A DNA stretch of 41,024 nucleotides, taken from positions 434,001 through 475,024 of the forward strand of contig JASTWF010000362.1 in NCBI GenBank assembly GCA_030390025.1, written 5' to 3'. The position numbers were made by a program, and so were the translations under genes. This DNA is from Squalus acanthias (Eukaryota). This document shows, in pieces, positions 35,181 to 41,024 of the stretch (its first letter is position 1; each line of letters begins with the position of its first letter). The notes below the pieces were generated by a model that was not told the DNA's origin, ran no database searches, and saw only the letters and a list, made by a program, of their open reading frames with translations.

Positions 35181-36193
35181 CGGGGTTGCCAGCTCTGCTT
35201 GGACATATTCCTGGAGGTTACGTCTCATGACCTCCCGCCCCCCACTCACCCCCGCCATTGGTCACCTGATACGCCCATCCCCATGGCGCCCCGCCTTCCC
35301 ACGGCCAATCAGAAAGCAAACAGATACTTCGGGCTGGATTTTCTCAATGGAGACGTGCTGGAGGCAGGACTTCTGGTTTCCGGGTTTCAGTCCCGCCCCC
35401 AGCGACATCTGACCAACCCACGCTATTTTCCCTTGATTGCCCCCTTGGTAATCCCGCCTTACCGGCCAATTAAGGGAAAGCCAGTGACAGATGACGTCAG
35501 CGTATGATGCTTCATCTGTCGAAAAATTTTTGACAGATGCATTGTCAGCGTTTGGCAGCTTTGAGAAGCTGTCAAACACCGACAATCTCTGTTCTAAGGT
35601 GAGCCCTTGCACACAGGCTCACCAAGACCTCTCTCCTCAGCAGAAAGCAGATGGCTGCTGCATCTGAGAATGCAGTGGTCATTCTGTCATCTCTGCCGTT
35701 GAGATGAGGCACCTCCGGATCCCCAAGGGTTGAAGCCTGCAGGAAGAAGCAAAGGTAAGGAAACTTTTTCCAACACTTTACACTCAGCCTCTCATACTTA
35801 CCTGTCCACACTTGCACCCATCACTCACCTCTACAGCTGACATTTCGACCCCTCTCACCCCCACAGACCCACTGCTCGCCTCGCTGACCCTGGCGAGGTT
35901 CACAGCTGTCGGGAAGCCCGCACTTGCAGGCGTAAAAAGGGGAAAAGCCTCAAAACTGCCTGTTAACTACCTGTTAACAGGCAGTTAATTGGCTCTAATC
36001 CCCTTCCCGCCTCGAGGGGACGGGTCCCTGCGTAACTCGGGGACCCGCCTCCCAGGACGATGGCACGGAGGCGGGTTGGGAGCGGGGTCGGTACCCGCTC
36101 CCAGTTTCTGCCATTTTCCCGGCAGTCCCGCCTCCATACCCGCCTCCCCAGGGCTGGGAGAATTCCCCCCTTCATTAGCAAATTGGATCATTC
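35181..36193. mobile_element. hAT-like MITE copy (35181-35330 and 36171-36193), split by a Harbinger-like MITE
   Basis: Starts GGGGTTGCCAGCTCTG. The rejoined CAGATACTTC|ATTAGCAAATTGGATCATTCT matches the reverse complement of 9522-9555. Confidence 0.75.
35331..36170. mobile_element. PIF/Harbinger-like non-autonomous DNA transposon, 840 bp
   Basis: Imperfect TIRs GGGCTGGATTTTCTC / GGGAGAATTCCCCCC (10/15). 3-bp TSD TTC at 35328-35330 and 36171-36173. Confidence 0.72.
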
Positions 36194-36744
36194 TTCTCAT
36201 CTCCCCTCTGGTTCTTTTGCCAATTATCTTAAATCTGTGTCCTCTGGTTACCGACCCTCCTGCCAGTGGAAACAGTTTCTCCTTATTTCCGACATTACAA
36301 CAGTGACTACACTTCAAAAAGTACTTCATTGGCTGTAAAGCACCTTGGGATGTCCTGAGGTGGTGAAAGGCGCTGGAGAAATGCAAGTCTTTCTTTCTTC
36401 CGCTATCAAAAAACCTTCTGTGCTCTGAGGAGAACAATCCCAGCTTCCCCAGTCCCTCCACGTAACTGAAGTCTTTCATCACAATTTGATGGGGGAAAAA
36501 ATAATTAAAAAAGAAACGATTCCCTGAATCATCTTGAGTCATTTTAACTGAAATGCTTGCTCCAGTTCTGGCCAGACACTGTCAGCCTCAGGTATGCTGT
36601 GTGAGCGTGTGAAAAAATATATTGACTGATGAAATGATTACATTTTCTGTCTTGAGCTGTGGAATCATTGTGGGAAACTGAGGGTGTCAGAACCACAGAA
36701 ACATCAACCTCGCAGCACAGAAAGAGGTCATTCGGCCCATCATG

Positions 36745-37233
36745 TCTTTTTTAAAATTCGTTTTTTTAATGGGACCTGGGTGTCGCTGTCAAGGCCAGCA
36801 TTTATTGCCCATCCCTAATTGCCCTCGAGAAGGTGGTGGTGAGCCGCCTTCTTGAACCGCTGCAGTCCGTGTGGTGATGGTACTCCCACAGTGCTGTTAG
36901 GGAGGGAGTTCCAGGATTTTGACCCAGCGACGATGAAGGAACGTCAGGTTGGTGTGTGATTTGGAGGGGAACCTGGAGGTGGTGGTGTTCCCATGCGCCT
37001 GCTGCCCTTGTCCTTCTAGGTGGAAGAGGTCGCGGGTTTGGGAGGTGCTGCCGAAGAAGCCTTGGCGAGTTGCTGCAGTGCATCTTGTAGATGGTACACA
37101 CTGCAGCCACGGTGCGCCGGTGGTGGAGGGAGTGAATGTTTAAGGTGGTGGATGGGCTGCCAATCGAGCGGGCTGCTTTGTCTTGGATGGTGTCGAGCTT
37201 CTTGAGTGTTGTTGGAGCTGCACTCATCCAGGC
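36745..37233 (-). mobile_element. Family-B LINE 3' fragment
   Basis: AWMSAAPTTLKKLDTIQDKA... on the minus strand. Confidence 0.9.
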
Positions 37234-37633
37234 ATCTGTGTTGACCTCTTTGCCGGAGCAATTCCAAACTATCCCCACGGCCCCCGCTCGCTCCCCATGG
37301 CTTCTCTCTCTGCTCCGAGTTATTCTTCTCTTTCTGACTCAACGGCTCCCCGTGGCCAAACGTTCAGAGCTCTGACAAATCCCTGCATCAAGCAATTTCC
37401 CTGAACCTCTCTCCTCACTGTCTCAGTGACAATACAAAATTGTAAAGATTATTTGAATGCAAAGAATGTTGTTTCGAAAGCATTGCTGAATGGTAGAGTA
37501 GAGTGAAGATACAGAACACGACTCTTCACGAATACAAAACCAAAATACTGCGGATGCTGGAAATCTGAAATAAAAACAGTAAAATGCTGGAAATACTCAG
37601 CAGGTCAGGCAGCCTCTGTGGGAAGAGAAACAG

Positions 37634-37670
37634 AGTCAACGTTTCAGATCGATGACCCTTCGTCAGGACT
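37634..37670 (-). ncRNA. Minimal type I hammerhead motif within a Penelope-like fragment (about 37540-37860)
   Basis: AGUC-CUGACGA-A-GGGUC(AUC)GAUCU-GAA-ACGU-U-GACU. Confidence 0.72.
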
Positions 37671-37885
37671 GGAAAAAGCTGGAGATGGAACAGGTTTTTA
37701 AGCAAGTGCAGGGGCAGGGAAAGGGGGGAGGGGAGGAAAGAACAAAAGGGAAGGTCTTGTGATTGGGTGGAAGGCAGGAGAGATTAAAAGACGAAAGGGA
37801 TGATGGTGCGAGGCGAGAGGAGATGGTAATGGGACGAGTAAAGAAACAAAAGATGAGTCTAGAGGACACTTCACTCGCAGCGATA

Positions 37886-38194
37886 GTGTCGGCCGTGGCT
37901 CAGTGGGGAGCACCATCGCCTCTGAGTCAGCACTGGCTGTGGGTTCAGGCCCCACTCCCGTTAGTACTTCAGCAACGAATTCGAGGCTGAGACTCCCAGT
38001 GCAGTACCAAGGGATGATCGTACCCAATCTCCCCAGGGGGTGTTGAAGAACCCATGGCCACTACTTCAAAGAAGAGCAGGGGAGTTCTCCCCGGTGTCCT
38101 GGAGTCAATATTTATCCCTCAATCAACATCACTAAAACAGATCATCTGGTCATTATCACATTGCGGTTTGTGGGAGATTGTTGTGCACAAATTG
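37886..38194 (+). mobile_element. Deu-SINE, 3'-truncated at the 30-bp minisatellite
   Basis: Head GTGTCGGCCGTGGCTCAGTGGG; body continues up to GTGCACAAATTGG. Confidence 0.82.
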
Positions 38195-39420
38195 GGGGTC
38201 TCGGGGAGTGTGTCAGTATTTACAGGGGGTCTCAGGAGTGTTCCAGTATTTACTGGGGATCTCGGGAGTGTTCCAGTATTTACTGGGGGTCTCGGGAGTG
38301 TTCCAGTATTTACTGGGGGTCTCGGGAGTGTTCCAGTATTTACTGGGGGTCTCGGGAGTGTTCCAGTATTTACTGGGGGTCACGGGAGTGTTCCAGTATT
38401 TACTGGGGGTCTCGGGAGTGTTCCAGTATTTACTGGGGGTCTCGGGAGTGTTCCAGTATTTACTGGGGGTCTCAGGAGTGTTCCAGTATTTACTGGGGGT
38501 CTCAGGAGTGTTCTAGTATTTACTGGGGGTCTCGGGAGTGTTCCAGTATTTACTGGGGGTCTCAGGAGTGTTCCAGTATTTACTGGGGGTCTCAGGAGTG
38601 TTCCAGTATTTACTGGGGGTCTCAGGCGTGTTCCAGTATTTACAGGGGGTCTCAGGAGTGTTCCAGTATTTACTGGGGGTCTCAGGAGTGTTCCAGTATT
38701 TACTGGGGGTCTCAGGAGTGTTCCAGTATTTACTGGGGGTCTCAGGAGTGTTCCAGTATTTACTGGGGGTCTCGGGAGTGTTCCAGTATTTACTGGGGGT
38801 CTCAGGAGTGTTCCAGTATTTACTGGGGGTCTCGGGAGTGTTCCAGTATTTACTGGGGGTCTCAGGAGTGTTCCAGTATTTACTGGGGGGCTCGGGAGTG
38901 TTCCAGTATTTACTGGGGGTCTCAGGAGTGTTCCAGTATTTACTGGGGGTCTCAGGAGTGTTCCAGTATTTACTGGGGGTCTCGGGAGTGTTCCAGTATT
39001 TACTGGGGTCCCAGTTATGGTGCCAGTGTTTACTGGGGTCCCAGTTATGGTGCCAGTGTTTACTGGGGTCCCAGTTATGGTGCCAGTGTTTACTGGGGTC
39101 CCAGTTATGGTGCCAGTGTTTACTGGGGTCCCAGTTATGGTGCCAGTGTTTACTGGGGTCCCAGTTATGATGCCAGTGTTTACTGGGGATCCAGTTATGG
39201 TGCCAGTGTTTACTGGGGTCCCAGTTATGGTGCCAGTGTTTACTGGGGATCCAGTTATGGTGCCAGTGTTTACTGGGGATCCAGTTATGGTGCCAGTGTT
39301 TACTGGGGATCCAGTTATGGTGCCAGTGTTTACTGGGGTCCCAGTTATGGTGCCAGTGTTTACTGGGGTCCCAGTTATGGTGCCAGTGTTTACTGGGGAT
39401 CCAGTTATGGTGCCAGTATT
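38195..39420. repeat. Bipartite 30-bp minisatellite with a hairpin core
   Basis: About 27 units of CCAGTATTTACTGGGGGTCTCRGGAGTGTT, then about 14 units of CCAGTGTTTACTGGGGTCCCAGTTATGGTG. Confidence 0.96.
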
Positions 39421-40019
39421 TGCAAACACCCCATTGGTGGAAGGTTTGGAAGCCACTGCTTTATTGTTGCAGGAAACTAAAAGAGGTCTTGAGTGGGACT
39501 GAAACAATAGAGTGGAATATATGGGCATTCACCCAAAGTAATATCTCAAGTTACTCTGTCACACTGAGGAGGTGAAATCACTTTCTCAGCTGCTCAATCT
39601 CTGCTCTCCGGGAAAAAAAACAGCCAACAGGAACTCTTCACAATGAAGTTTCAGTGTGAGGACCGGCACTGTTTGACTCGCGATGGGACGGCGGAGACCC
39701 AACTTTCGAAGTGTCAGCTCTCATCATGAAGCCTTGCTCGCCCATTGGATAATCCTTTCCCTGTTAAGAACAGATTTAATGAAAGCGAGAGACAGTAATA
39801 TGTCTGACAATTATCTTCATTTATTATTGTTTCAAAATATTCATCTTAAGACTACATACAGAGCTGTACACGCAGCCCTACTTCTGGAAACTCACGTATA
39901 ACGAACTCCTCAGGTATCGTGAGCGAGTGCTGTCCAGGTCCGTCACGGTACCTCTCAATGAAGGGAGCTAAATTTCCTAATGGAGCATTGTTTTGTATCC
40001 CTCTTTCCATAGACTGATA

Positions 40020-40260
40020 CAGCACAGAAGGAGGCCATTCGGCCCATCCTGCCTGTGCTGGCTCTTTGAAAGAGCTCTCCGATTAGTCCCACTCCCCCCC
40101 TGCTCTTTCCCCATAGCCCTGCAAATACTTTCCTTTTCAAGTATTTATCCAATTCCCTTTTGAAAGTTACTATTGAATCTGCTTCCACCGCCCTTTCAGG
40201 CAGCGCGTTCCAGATCACAACAAATCGCTGCGTAAAAAAAAAAATCTCCTCATCTCCCCC
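40020..40260 (-). mobile_element. CR1 3' fragment
   Basis: FFTQRFVVIWNALPERAVEADSIVTFKRELDKYL. Confidence 0.88.
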
Positions 40261-40410
40261 CGCTTCTTGTTTACACCATTTTAAAAACAAGTATACATTG
40301 TCTAATTCTTGCTGAGTTTAACTTTGTTGAGCATCTTATGACCCTGAGGTCATCAAAAAAGATTGCCGAACACACACACCACACGGAGCCTTATCCTTAT
40401 CCTGTTCCAC

Positions 40411-41024
40411 TGAGAGTGAATGAGAGAGAGGGAATGAGAGAGAGCGAATGAGAGAGCGGGAATGAGAGAGAGGGAATGAGAGAGAGGGAATGAGAGAGAG
40501 CGAATGAGAGAGCGGGAATGAGAGAGAGGGAATGAGAGAGAGGGAATGAGAGAGAGGGAATGAGAGAGAGGGATGAGAGAGAGGGATGAGAGAGAGGGAA
40601 TGAGAGAGAGGGAATGAGAGAGAGGGAATGAGAGAGAGGGATGAGAGAGAGGGAATGAGAGAGAGGGAATGAGAGAGAGGGAATGAGAGAGAGCGAATGA
40701 GAGAGAGGGAATGAGAGAGAGGGAATGAGAGAGAGCGAATGAGAGAGAACGAATGAGAGAGCGGGAATGAGAGAGAGGGAATGAGAGAGAGGGAATGAGA
40801 GAGAGGGAATCAGAGAGAGGGATGAGAGAGAGGGAATGAGAGAGAGGGAATGAGAGAGAGGGAATGAGAGAGAGCGAATGAGAGAGCGGGAATGAGAGAG
40901 AGGGAATGAGAGAGAGGGAATGAGAGAGCGGGTATGAGAGAGAGGGAATGAGAGAGAGGGAATGAGAGAGCGGGAATGAGAGAGAGGGAATGAGAGAGAG
41001 GGAATGAGAGAGAGGGAACGAGAG
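40411..41024. repeat. About 14-bp purine-rich repeat (TGAGAGAGAGGGAA)n, running off the window end
   Basis: Directly visible. Confidence 0.96.

Noticed and set aside
38054..39528. 382-482 aa repetitive ORFs resembling antifreeze or ice-nucleation proteins; CRISPR-like look of palindromic 30-bp repeats
   Set aside because: Pure tandem array with no unique spacers and no cas genes, in a vertebrate context; ORFs are open on both strands.
25200..41024. QRFP precursor expected downstream by human synteny
   Set aside because: No ORF with a signal peptide and a C-terminal RF-G-basic motif was seen. 'VRFGF' at 34889-35176 lacks that context. A possible donor CAG|GTATCG near 39914 is too weak to call an exon.

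Overview
This is vertebrate nuclear DNA, most likely from a shark or other cartilaginous fish (inferred from the SINE/LINE repertoire). It has a 500-N assembly gap at 16000-16499. The only host gene I can support is the 3' part of FIBCD1 (fibrinogen C domain-containing 1) on the + strand. Five coding exons (2865-3021, 5536-5672, 14984-15080, 18654-18833, 19958-20208) splice in phase to 273 aa plus a stop. The rest is mostly repeats: a near-full-length degenerate CR1 LINE nested antisense just downstream of the stop codon, many CR1/L2-type 3' fragments, two tRNA-derived SINE families, hAT-like and Harbinger-like MITEs, a solo LTR, Penelope-like terminal repeats and several mini- and microsatellites. 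Most long ORFs in the track are repeat artefacts. The best leads are: (1) a SINE variant carrying an expandable internal 33-bp VNTR with a shared diagnostic junction base at four loci; (2) a young, TSD-flanked Penelope fold-back insertion with two opposed minimal hammerhead ribozyme motifs, plus two motifs of a second family showing a compensatory stem change; and (3) possible effects on FIBCD1 RNA processing from a weak donor site, inverted VNTRs flanking exons and an antisense LINE in the presumptive 3' UTR. No new protein-coding system is evident. Family names and comparisons to human FIBCD1 come from recalled sequences, not database searches.
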